A DNA stretch of 64,000 bases from a virus: the IMG/VR virus record IMGVR_UViG_3300024313_000004, positions 1-64,000 of that record; one strand, written 5' to 3'. Positions 1 through 8,413 of the stretch are shown here, one piece after another. Position numbers and translations under genes: made by a program. The notes below the pieces were generated by a model. The model saw nothing but the letters and a program-made list of their open reading frames with translations. It had not been told where the DNA came from and ran no database searches. How positions within the stretch are numbered: position 1 is the first letter of the stretch; every line of letters starts with the position of its first letter.

Positions 1-2
1 GT

Positions 3-638
3 AAGTGATATTTCATTTGGTCCTATTCCACAAACTCCACTGCCTTCACCTATTAGAGTTAGTGTACTTCCTAAGTTACCTCTGTAAATACCAATTAATA
101 CCGTATCTGTTCCTGAATATCCCCATATCTTTGCTTTGCTTATGGTTCCTGTTACTTCTGATATTGTTTGATAATAGTATTGTGTTGTGGCTGAAGTAGG
201 TGCTTGGTCGCATATACCAACCGGTTGTGGTGAAAAACAAACACTATTTGAAGAATCACCACTGGATTGTGTGGCCCATCCCGTATTATAATCAATTGAA
301 TCTAACTTTACTAGTATTTGACCGATTGTACCACCACTTGGTAGTCCATATCCGGATGTTCCGTCAATACCATTAACTCCACTTGTACCAGATGTTCCAT
401 TAACTCCACTTGTACCAGATGTTCCACTTGTTGTTACGTTGGAAAAGCTTGCTGCAATAAGATCATTTATCTTAACTGATAATTCATCTAAAACCATTGC
501 ACTCTGTTGATGTAATTCGTATAATGCGTCATAAACCTCACTAATGGAATCTATACCACTTTGTGTATTTGATATAATATTGGCAAATGATTGTGATAAT
601 CCAAAAGAGTCGTATAAACTTCTAAATGTACTACTCAT
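3..638 (-). CDS. Collagen-like (GTS-repeat) tail fibre/structural protein, 3' end outside window
   Basis: Manual translation from ATG at 638: MSSTFRSLYDSFGLSQSFANII...[52 protein letters not shown]...; open to window edge; absent from the ORF track. Confidence 0.75.
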   Translation of the reverse strand, partial: MSSTFRSLYDSFGLSQSFANIISNTQSGIDSISEVYDALYELHQQSAMVLDELSVKINDLIAASFSNVTTSGTSGTSGVNGTSGTSGVNGIDGTSGYGLPSGGTIGQILVKLDSIDYNTGWATQSSGDSSNSVCFSPQPVGICDQAPTSATTQYYYQTISEVTGTISKAKIWGYSGTDTVLIGIYRGNLGSTLTLIGEGSGVCGIGPNEISL

Positions 639-676
639 AAAATTATATTTTTTCTTTATATATTAAAAATATAATG

Positions 677-922
677 TCATAATAATTTATTCAAATTATA
701 TTCTCTTAAAATTATTTTGTACTCTGGTATGGTTATCCATTTTTTATAACCTTTGAATATTTTACATTTACCTTCAATAAATATTACATCTATAAATTTA
801 TCTGCATCGGCATCATACAATTTACCTAAATAAATTATATCGACGGATTCTGATGTGAATCCGTCGATATCTGGTTTAAGAACATGTTGTTCTACTGCCT
901 TAAAATTTATTTTAATATTCAT
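677..922 (-). CDS. Hypothetical protein with C-terminal R-E-x-x-L-x-x-L-L motif
   Basis: 81 aa ORF overlapping the upstream gene stop; ends LREYNLNKLL. Confidence 0.6.
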   Translation of the reverse strand: MNIKINFKAVEQHVLKPDIDGFTSESVDIIYLGKLYDADADKFIDVIFIEGKCKIFKGYKKWITIPEYKIILREYNLNKLL

Positions 923-1422
923 TATTTTGTTCGGTCGATAACTACATAAATAGTATCGATGACTTTCCCTGTGACTTTACAACCACATTCGGTATTGGTA
1001 TTAGTTTTATTCTCTTTATTATTCTCTTTATTATTGAATATACTTCCTACTGGATTTCTGTCTAATATATCTACTGATGTTACAAAATGTGCTGTTTCAC
1101 CTCTATTATTAAACCAGTTTTTACCAAATGTTTCATGATAAACAATCTTTACTTTCCAACCATATGTTGCTGCACTATCTAAGATTGCTACGATATTTGG
1201 ATCTTCATTATCAGCATCTACAGAGAAATCGAAAGGTACTGCAGAAGATGAGTTCATTCCTGTCTGTGTTAGATTTAAATGACCTTCATGTGTTTTGAAT
1301 ATTAGACCTGTTTTTGAGAATTGTGTTACTAAACCAATTCTTTCACCATTTGAATAGTTTTCTGTACAAGATGTGATGAACAAGGTTACTACTAAACCTA
1401 AAAGTAATTTTAATTTTCTCAT
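922..1422 (-). CDS. Lipoprotein of unknown function
   Basis: Signal peptide with lipobox LFITSC; YSNGERIG...FSKTG..FKTHEGHL pattern recalled from Bacteroidota/phage lipoproteins. Confidence 0.65.
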   Translation of the reverse strand: MRKLKLLLGLVVTLFITSCTENYSNGERIGLVTQFSKTGLIFKTHEGHLNLTQTGMNSSSAVPFDFSVDADNEDPNIVAILDSAATYGWKVKIVYHETFGKNWFNNRGETAHFVTSVDILDRNPVGSIFNNKENNKENKTNTNTECGCKVTGKVIDTIYVVIDRTK

Positions 1423-1452
1423 TTTAATTTAATTATTTATTATTAGTTATTA

Positions 1453-1460
1453 CAAATATA
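1453..1460 (-). promoter_or_regulatory. Bacteroidota housekeeping-sigma -7 element (TATATTTG)
   Basis: TTTTTAGTATATTTGTA upstream of the 1422 gene; same 17-mer upstream of the 57849 gene; fits TAnnTTTG consensus. Confidence 0.6.
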
Positions 1461-1579
1461 CTAAAAATTTGGATCATCTTTGTCTAAAACTTCATAAATA
1501 TTTCTTTTAATCCATTCTTTTGGAATATAACTTACTAAAATAGTTAGGATACCAATTACTAATATTGAAAATATAAACA

Positions 1580-2122
1580 TTATTTCTTTTTTTTATTTTT
1601 TAAAGATTCTTTTGCTTTCTTAAAATTATTGATTTTTATTTGTTCTGTTTCTATTCTTCCTTCACCTCTTTTATAGTAAGTCTTTGGAATAGAAACGAAG
1701 TTATGACATCTTAAAATTGTTTGATACCACTCAACAGTATCACTCACTTCAAGTAATAGATAATTTTTAACACCTGTTGCCATGGTAGAGAATTCTTTCT
1801 TATTTAAGCCTATTATCTTTAAATTATCCATAATGTATCTTTTATTAGATGTATCTTCTGCAATTTCCTCTAACTTAACTTTGAATTTTGAGATTGCTTC
1901 TTCGTATTTATCGGTTTCTCCCAATAATGTTTTCAATTGATCATCACGTTCTCTTTTGGTTATTGTATTTTTTCTTATTTCACCTGCATTACCTGATTCA
2001 ATTAGTTCATAGATGAATACTTCTCTTGTATCATCTTCTCTTACATTGGATAAGAAGGCTTTCTCGGTTTTGAACCATTTTCCACTGCCATATCTACCTT
2101 TTACATTCCAAATTTTACTCAT
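1580..2122 (-). CDS. Hypothetical protein
   Basis: 180 aa ORF; internal RERDDQLKTLLGE motif. Confidence 0.6.
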   Translation of the reverse strand: MSKIWNVKGRYGSGKWFKTEKAFLSNVREDDTREVFIYELIESGNAGEIRKNTITKRERDDQLKTLLGETDKYEEAISKFKVKLEEIAEDTSNKRYIMDNLKIIGLNKKEFSTMATGVKNYLLLEVSDTVEWYQTILRCHNFVSIPKTYYKRGEGRIETEQIKINNFKKAKESLKNKKKK

Positions 2123-2445
2123 TATACTGATTTTATTGTATCAAATTTTTCTAAAAGATTTTCTCCTGTTATACTTTCAATTGGCTTTGCATCACTAACT
2201 ACTTGTGAGGTTACATCATTAACTTCGTATGTTATTCCATGTTTTTTTAAAACTTCTTTCATTTTTTCAATGTTAATATCATTACAGATAATGTAAGAAG
2301 TGATTATATCTTCTTTAACAACATCAACACCTAAATCTAAATCTAAATCTAAAATTTGTTGTCTATCTTCATCATTTAAACTTTGTATAAATTCTGTGTT
2401 CTTTTGTACAGTTAGGTTTGTACATACTTCAAAAATCTTTTTCAT
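2122..2445 (-). CDS. Hypothetical protein
   Basis: 107 aa ORF coupled to the downstream gene. Confidence 0.6.
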   Translation of the reverse strand: MKKIFEVCTNLTVQKNTEFIQSLNDEDRQQILDLDLDLGVDVVKEDIITSYIICNDINIEKMKEVLKKHGITYEVNDVTSQVVSDAKPIESITGENLLEKFDTIKSV

Positions 2446-2503
2446 AACTTTGTTTTTTATTATTATATAATTTTTATTGAAAAAGTTATTTAATATATAC
2501 TAT

Positions 2504-2788
2504 ATGAAATATCTAAAAGAGTTTAAGATTTTTGAGATGAATTATTCTTCTATTGATGAATATCAGAGTGAGGTATTTGGATTTTTGAAAAAATATAACT
2601 TGTTTCCACAACAGATTAGATATTTATTAGACCAATATTCTGGTGAAATAGAAGAGTGGTATAATGCAGGAAAATATTCAAAAGATTTTGCGGATAAAAT
2701 TGCAGATGATTTGAAATTAAGTACTGGAGGTATACTTCAATACAAAACTGCTGGTGGGAACCAGTGGCAAAATATATATTATAAATGA
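2504..2788 (+). CDS. Hypothetical protein with capsid-targeting-like N-terminus
   Basis: Start moved to ATG 2504 (MKYLKEFKIFE), just downstream of TAATATATA at 2491. Confidence 0.65.
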   Translation: MKYLKEFKIFEMNYSSIDEYQSEVFGFLKKYNLFPQQIRYLLDQYSGEIEEWYNAGKYSKDFADKIADDLKLSTGGILQYKTAGGNQWQNIYYK

Positions 2789-3084
2789 TGAAATATTTAA
2801 AGAAATTTGATAAGTTTTTTGAAGATGGTGATGGTGGTGGTGCTGTTGGTGGTGGTGTTGCAACCGCTAATGCTTCTAATACTGCAGGAATGGGTGCGGT
2901 TGTTTCTGCACAACCTGGTGCTTTTGCCGGAACAACTGGAACAACCGGATCTGGTGATGTAGGTTTTGTTTTAGGATCTAAACCTAAAAAGAAAAGAAAG
3001 AAAGGTAACCCTAGTCAGGTAAGTGATCTTAGAGATTTGAAAGAGGTTGATACTAAAGATGTTGATACGGTAAATATAAAATGA
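2785..3084 (+). CDS. Small Gly/Ala-rich protein with basic tail, probably virion-internal
   Basis: MMKYLKKFDKFFEDGDGGG...KPKKKRKK; resembles small E-D-(A/G) Gly-rich proteins of T4-like phages. Confidence 0.55.
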   Translation: MMKYLKKFDKFFEDGDGGGAVGGGVATANASNTAGMGAVVSAQPGAFAGTTGTTGSGDVGFVLGSKPKKKRKKGNPSQVSDLRDLKEVDTKDVDTVNIK

Positions 3085-3111
3085 TTATAAAAATAAGATA
3101 AAATCCTATTT

Positions 3112-3726
3112 TTATAATCCTTTACTTTTATTATCTAGAAATTCTTTTTCTTCTTTTGATAGAGATTCATAACCATTTTTAGAAATTTTATCTAATAATG
3201 AATCTATTGTAAAATTATTATCAATAATTTCTTCGGTATTTTTGTTTTGATTATCACTGTTTTCCTTAACTATCTCTATTTCAACAATATTTTTATCTAG
3301 TGCAGGTATTGAGTTTAATACTTCTTTATTGTTGGTATATTCTGATTCTACCATCATTTTAACTTTAGTTACTTCAGCAACAATGTCTTTTATTTTCAGA
3401 GGAATAGAACCTTTTGGTAGCCTATCCGTCATTGTAAAATGCTTTAACTTCATACTTATATTCACTCTTACTTTTGAGAGTTCTAATTCAAGTCTTTCTG
3501 GATATAATAAGTTTATATTTGATTCTAATGATTTTAAATATTCTTCTTCATTATTCTTACTTTTTGGTACAAAAAAACCATAGGAATAGTAGAATTCAAC
3601 ATCATCTTTATTGAAATCACTCTCATTAAGTTTAAGTTTTCTCATTTTCTTGATCCAATCTTTAATAATAGGAAACTCATTTATTACTTCTTTTCTATCT
3701 ACATCTATAACGAACATATCATTCAT
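3112..3726 (-). CDS. Protein with C-terminal DUF6576-like helical domain
   Basis: IDSLLDKISKNGYESLSKEEKEFL. Confidence 0.65.
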   Translation of the reverse strand: MNDMFVIDVDRKEVINEFPIIKDWIKKMRKLKLNESDFNKDDVEFYYSYGFFVPKSKNNEEEYLKSLESNINLLYPERLELELSKVRVNISMKLKHFTMTDRLPKGSIPLKIKDIVAEVTKVKMMVESEYTNNKEVLNSIPALDKNIVEIEIVKENSDNQNKNTEEIIDNNFTIDSLLDKISKNGYESLSKEEKEFLDNKSKGL

Positions 3727-3740
3727 GTTAAATTTTATAT

Positions 3741-3971
3741 TTACTTTTTAATTCTAAATTTCTTCTTAATATCATCTTCTGTATATCCTATTGATAACAT
3801 CCAGAGTGATGTTAAAAATATTAAAAATAATATACTAATTGTTAGCAAGATTGGTATCCAAATAGGTGATATAATCCACCACCAAGACCAATCAATAATA
3901 TTTTTAACTTTAAATATTAAAAGTATTATTGTTATTGATAAACTTTGTAATGCTATTAGACTTTTTATCAT
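3741..3971 (-). CDS. Small membrane protein (DWSWWW..SP.W family, TMEM185/Fragile-X-F-like)
   Basis: Two hydrophobic segments flanking IIDWSWWWIISPIWIP. Confidence 0.7.
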   Translation of the reverse strand: MIKSLIALQSLSITIILLIFKVKNIIDWSWWWIISPIWIPILLTISILFLIFLTSLWMLSIGYTEDDIKKKFRIKK

Positions 3972-4014
3972 AGTATGATATTTATACTTATTTTTAGATT
4001 TTTGTTTTAAAAAA

Positions 4015-4530
4015 TTATTTAAATTCTATTGCTATCATTTTAATCTTTTCTGGAATTCTTCCTTCTGATATGTCTTCCTTTTCTATCTGTAATCTTTTGT
4101 ATCCACCCGAGGAGTTGTCTCCTATGTAGTATGCTAAGTTGAAAATATATCCGAGTTCTTCCGTCATGTATGATACGTATGCCTGCACGTCTGCTTCTAT
4201 GCTTTTCCAGTCGAAGCTGTTGTTGTCGAAGCTGTATTCTACTGTGGATCCTGTGAATATCCTCACTAACATCGACTTAAAAAATTGAATCTGCATACCC
4301 ATGTCTCTTATTGGAAGAAGGAGTTCCATTGTATCATCTTCAAATGATTCGATAGATTCTTTTACCAATCTATATTTTAAAAGTGGTTTTCCATTTACGG
4401 TTATATCACCTTTTGAATTCTTTCCTATTTTTTTAACAAGAGTTTTTTTATTTTTAAATCTACCACCAAGAATTGTATCACCAACCTTAATAGGTATTTT
4501 TATGTCTTCGAATTTTTTAATATATTTCAT
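4015..4530 (-). CDS. Two-module hypothetical protein with capsid-targeting-like N-terminus
   Basis: MKYIKKFED; IKVGDTILGGRFKNKK module, then KES, then a second module in visibly GC-richer DNA. Confidence 0.6.
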   Translation of the reverse strand: MKYIKKFEDIKIPIKVGDTILGGRFKNKKTLVKKIGKNSKGDITVNGKPLLKYRLVKESIESFEDDTMELLLPIRDMGMQIQFFKSMLVRIFTGSTVEYSFDNNSFDWKSIEADVQAYVSYMTEELGYIFNLAYYIGDNSSGGYKRLQIEKEDISEGRIPEKIKMIAIEFK

Positions 4531-5660
4531 GTTATATCTAAATCTTTTTTATTATCGATGAATGTTATTGCATCTAATCTATTTTTCCATCCATCTATAT
4601 ACTTCTTTTTACCTAATTGGTATTTCTCCCATCTCTTATTTTTTATTGTATTGAAAAGTTTTTCTATTTTCTTTTCTGGTAATTCGTTTACATAATCTAT
4701 TAGAACATCATGGAAATCGTTCCATGTATTTATATTAGTTGTATCAATTTTAATATCATTAAGAGACTTTTTTAATATATCAAATGTTGCTCTAGGTCCT
4801 TGATTTACACAACCATCATATAGTACATTTGCCAAAGATTGACTTTTAAAGTTTTCTAATTTTTGTTTTTCCCAGTAATCTTTTTTATAGATTTTAAGTG
4901 CTAACTTATATGTTAGGTTCTCCATATCACTTTTTGTTGGTTTACCTAAATCATTACTTTGGTAATATTGAACTAATGTTGGTGCTGCAATTCCAAATTT
5001 AGTTCCTAATAATTCACCTACACCTATTTCATTTCCGGTCCAATTTCCTTTATCGTCTCTATCATCGGTATATACGCCTTCTATTCTATGTACACCATTT
5101 TGTGCAATTTCAAAAGAAGATACTTCTGGTTTTGGGTTTTCTATTTCTACTTTAATCTCTCTTAAAATTGGATCATTCTTAACCGATAAATCTGTTATAA
5201 GATTTGTTATTGGGATGATTGACATAAATAAGTATATAGATTTCTTAATGATTGATTTTCTAATTTCACTTGGTATAGATTTTAACTCTGAAATAAATTT
5301 ATCAAAGTACATCTTAACTTTTTTAGTTAGATTTTCTTTTGGTGTGTTATCAACTAATTTTTTTAGAAATTTTTCTATTTTATCAAGTGGTATTAAATCT
5401 AAATCTTTAATACTTTTAATTTTGTTTTTTATAAAACCAGTATAGTCCTTTAACTTCTTTTCTTCCATATCAAATTCAACGGTATCACCTACTTCAAATT
5501 CATTTTTATCTTTGATATTAAACTTTTTATTTTTTGGTTCTATATCCCATTCGAAAGTATTTGACCCTGTTTGGTTCTCAACAATTCTAAATATTTCCTC
5601 GATTATAGAATTGAATTCTTTTTCGAAAATATAATCATTATATCTATCAATTTTTCTCAT
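4527..5660 (-). CDS. Glycoside hydrolase family 108 (N-acetylmuramidase) with long N-terminal extension
   Basis: EGVYTDDRDDKGNWT...TKFGI (EGGY-like catalytic motif), YKKDYW, YDGCVNQG, GWKNR. Confidence 0.8.
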   Translation of the reverse strand: MRKIDRYNDYIFEKEFNSIIEEIFRIVENQTGSNTFEWDIEPKNKKFNIKDKNEFEVGDTVEFDMEEKKLKDYTGFIKNKIKSIKDLDLIPLDKIEKFLKKLVDNTPKENLTKKVKMYFDKFISELKSIPSEIRKSIIKKSIYLFMSIIPITNLITDLSVKNDPILREIKVEIENPKPEVSSFEIAQNGVHRIEGVYTDDRDDKGNWTGNEIGVGELLGTKFGIAAPTLVQYYQSNDLGKPTKSDMENLTYKLALKIYKKDYWEKQKLENFKSQSLANVLYDGCVNQGPRATFDILKKSLNDIKIDTTNINTWNDFHDVLIDYVNELPEKKIEKLFNTIKNKRWEKYQLGKKKYIDGWKNRLDAITFIDNKKDLDIT

Positions 5661-5705
5661 AATGTATATATTAAAAACATTTTGTTAAAAGCTCATATAA
5701 GATAT

Positions 5706-6068
5706 ATGGATAAGATATATACGGTTACTATAAATTTTGAATATTCTTTTAATACAATTGGATTTTTCACAGATTTAAAATTGGCTGAAGAAATTAAAGT
5801 TAAATGGGAAGGTTTCTTCGAATTTTATAATGAAAAGTTATTTAATTTTAATAGACATGATGGTGACTTTGAAAGTGATGAGGACGAGGATGAATATTAT
5901 CGTTTACAAATTATTTATGAGGAGATAACTACTTATCTTGATGTAAAAATAGAAGAGTTCCCTTTAAATACTGATATTTTTGTTAAACAGACGAGTAAAC
6001 GTTCTAAAGGAATGAAAGAACTTATTAAACAATTTGAAAGGGATTATAAAATTGATAAGTTAATCTAA
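5706..6068 (+). CDS. Hypothetical acidic protein
   Basis: ATG 5706 preferred to the track start that overlaps the opposite gene; ends ERDYKIDKLI. Confidence 0.55.
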   Translation: MDKIYTVTINFEYSFNTIGFFTDLKLAEEIKVKWEGFFEFYNEKLFNFNRHDGDFESDEDEDEYYRLQIIYEEITTYLDVKIEEFPLNTDIFVKQTSKRSKGMKELIKQFERDYKIDKLI

Positions 6069-6422
6069 TTTCTTCTTAAAACTAGATGGTAAGATTTTAT
6101 TTTCTTGTTTGAATACTTTTAGTAAAATAAAAACAAGAGTTCCACCGGGTAGTAATGTAATTGATGTTAAACCCAATACTCTAAGTATATCTACTGATTG
6201 TTCTTTTATTAGTTTAATCTCATCCTCAGTAAGTCTTCTTTTATTACCTTCTATATCAGTCAGAAGTCCTTTTGCTGCCTTGTTTAATAAATCATAAACA
6301 ACACGAGTTTCTTTCCCTTCACTTTTTAGTGCGGTAGTAAAGTCATTGTATTTCGATTTCATCTTATCAACAAATCTTGTTATGTCTCCCATATACTCTT
6401 CTATAGATTTAATATACCCCAC
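6060..6422 (-). CDS. LETM1-like domain protein
   Basis: LTEDEIKLIKEQSVDILRVLGLTSITLLPGG...KILPSSF parallels the LETM1 motif LTRRE...ADLFRL.P...P...LPSTF. Confidence 0.55.
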   Translation of the reverse strand: MGYIKSIEEYMGDITRFVDKMKSKYNDFTTALKSEGKETRVVYDLLNKAAKGLLTDIEGNKRRLTEDEIKLIKEQSVDILRVLGLTSITLLPGGTLVFILLKVFKQENKILPSSFKKKLD

Positions 6423-6510
6423 TTTTTCTTAAACAAATTTACATAAAAAATATATATTAAATACGAATAATGTAATTTATTTTTTATATATTTGTATAAA
6501 ATTTATTATA

Positions 6511-7272
6511 ATGAAAATGAGAATATTATATCTTGGTGATATACATGGAAACTTTAATCTTATACATCAATATGTTAAGCAGTATGGCATCAAAGATGCT
6601 CATATAATTCAAGTGGGTGACTTTGGTGTAGGTTTTTCTATTTTAGATAAAGAAAGACGTATGCTTGCTATGTATCATGATTTATTGGTTAAGAACAATG
6701 TTATTGTTTGGGCCATTCGTGGTAATCATGATTTTAAACCTTATTTTGATGAAGATCCATTTGGATTTAGTAATATTCGATTATTACCGGATTATACTGT
6801 ACTTGAACTTGAGGGTAATAAAATACTTTGTGTTGGTGGTGCAATTTCTGTTGATCGAGAATATAGATATACAGGTGCTCAACGTCGTGGTGATTTTGAA
6901 GTTAAGAGTGGTCAAAGTTGGTGGAAAGATGAAGTCTTTGTTTTAGAACCAGATAAATTAGTTGATTTGAGAGACATCAATATTGTTGTTACACATACTT
7001 GTCCAAGTTATTGTCCACCTGATAATACATTTGGATTTGGTCCATTTGTTGATGGTATTATTCGTGACACTGGTGATATTAAGTTAAAAACTGACTTAAT
7101 GGTTGAGCGACATGAGATGAGTGAGTTGTTTCATCTTTTAAAGTTGAATGGTAATAATGTTGATAAACATTACTATGGACATTTTCATAATAGTGAAGTT
7201 CAAAAATATGATGGTGTTACTCACCGAATGTTGGGAGTGGGTGAATTATGGGAGGAAAGAGATGAGATATAA
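6511..7272 (+). CDS. Calcineurin-like metallophosphoesterase
   Basis: GDIHG, QVGDFG, RGNHD, VTHTCP, GHFH motifs. Confidence 0.9.
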   Translation: MKMRILYLGDIHGNFNLIHQYVKQYGIKDAHIIQVGDFGVGFSILDKERRMLAMYHDLLVKNNVIVWAIRGNHDFKPYFDEDPFGFSNIRLLPDYTVLELEGNKILCVGGAISVDREYRYTGAQRRGDFEVKSGQSWWKDEVFVLEPDKLVDLRDINIVVTHTCPSYCPPDNTFGFGPFVDGIIRDTGDIKLKTDLMVERHEMSELFHLLKLNGNNVDKHYYGHFHNSEVQKYDGVTHRMLGVGELWEERDEI

Positions 7273-7456
7273 AACCGTAATTTATATAAAATGGAAATTG
7301 ACAGGTCGTTTTGAGCTTTTCATAAATCTGGGTAAACTCTATAAGAGATATGATGAAGTATCTTTAGGTGTTAGTAGACATACTCTTAATAAGAAGGATC
7401 TCTTTAGTGGTTATCATAATGATACAATAGAGATATTTAAAACTATTGTAAACTAA
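7262..7456 (+). CDS. Hypothetical protein (64 aa)
   Basis: ATG 7262 overlaps the upstream stop region; ends at the terminator. Confidence 0.45.
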   Translation: MRYKTVIYIKWKLTGRFELFINLGKLYKRYDEVSLGVSRHTLNKKDLFSGYHNDTIEIFKTIVN

Positions 7457-7488
7457 AAAAACCCATTAGTTAACTAATGGGTTTTTTT
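7455..7488. terminator. Bidirectional intrinsic terminator
   Basis: aaaaaaacccattagt-taa-ctaatgggttttttt between convergent genes. Confidence 0.85.
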
Positions 7489-7501
7489 AATTTTTGATAT
7501 T

Positions 7502-7918
7502 TTATTGAATACTTACAACTTCAATATCAAATTTTAAGTCTTGTCCTGCTAAAGGATGGTTACCGTCGATTATAACTACATCTTCTTTTACCTCTTTAAC
7601 AATGACTTGTACAACACCACCATCACCACCATCTGCTTGTAGTAATTGTCCAACTTCTACTTCACCTGGCATTTTATCTACCGGTACTTCCACCACTAAA
7701 TCTTCTCTTATTGGTCCGTAAGCCTGATCAGGTACAACAGTAACTGACACCTTTTCGCCGATATTTTTACCCATAAGTGCGGTCTCAAATCCTGGAATTA
7801 TTTGACCAGAGCCTATTTGGAATTGTAATGGATCTTTTCCTTCTGAAGTATCAAAAACTTCACCATCAATGAATCTACCTGTGTAATGTACTTCTACTGT
7901 ACTTCCTTCTGTTATCAT
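7502..7918 (-). CDS. FKBP-type peptidyl-prolyl isomerase (SlyD/FkpB-like, with IF domain, no His-rich tail)
   Basis: VHYTG...FDTS...PLQFQIGSGQIIPGFE...AYG...DGNHPLAGQDLKFDIEV. Confidence 0.93.
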   Translation of the reverse strand: MITEGSTVEVHYTGRFIDGEVFDTSEGKDPLQFQIGSGQIIPGFETALMGKNIGEKVSVTVVPDQAYGPIREDLVVEVPVDKMPGEVEVGQLLQADGGDGGVVQVIVKEVKEDVVIIDGNHPLAGQDLKFDIEVVSIQ

Positions 7919-8071
7919 ATTATTTATTATTTATTTTTATTTATATAATTTAATAAATAAAAAGTTTTATTATATGTATTTTAATATGATTTTACATTAT
8001 CAAAAAAAGACATTTTCAATGCTAAATTATCATTAAATTTAAACTTTACCTTTACTTTATATAAAAGTAAT

Positions 8072-8404
8072 ATGGTTAGTAAAACGAATAATATTCTTCA
8101 GATAGATAATATTACTAATGTTATGAAAGATGAAGGTGAATTTTACAACCACATAATCGTCTCTATGCATACTTACAACACATTGTGTATGTCAAATTAT
8201 TTCAATTCATACTTCGGTCTCGAAGAGATAGAAGGTATAACAGAAGTAGGTTCTATTTTTGGATACAAAGTTTTTCTTGATATGTATATGAGACCAGATG
8301 AGATAATTCTTTATTATGATATTGCCTTTTCAAGAAAATACAAGATAGACCTTATATTAGAAGGAAAAGAAATCATAAAAGAAAAAAGAGTCAAGATATC
8401 TTGA
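8072..8404 (+). CDS. Hypothetical protein
   Basis: 110 aa ORF; SRKYKIDLILEG motif. Confidence 0.6.
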   Translation: MVSKTNNILQIDNITNVMKDEGEFYNHIIVSMHTYNTLCMSNYFNSYFGLEEIEGITEVGSIFGYKVFLDMYMRPDEIILYYDIAFSRKYKIDLILEGKEIIKEKRVKIS

Positions 8405-8413
8405 CTCTTTTTC

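Noticed and set aside
922-1422. 6-phosphogluconate dehydrogenase label sometimes attached to this family
   Set aside because: No Rossmann GxGxxG motif, too short, and has a lipoprotein signal peptide.
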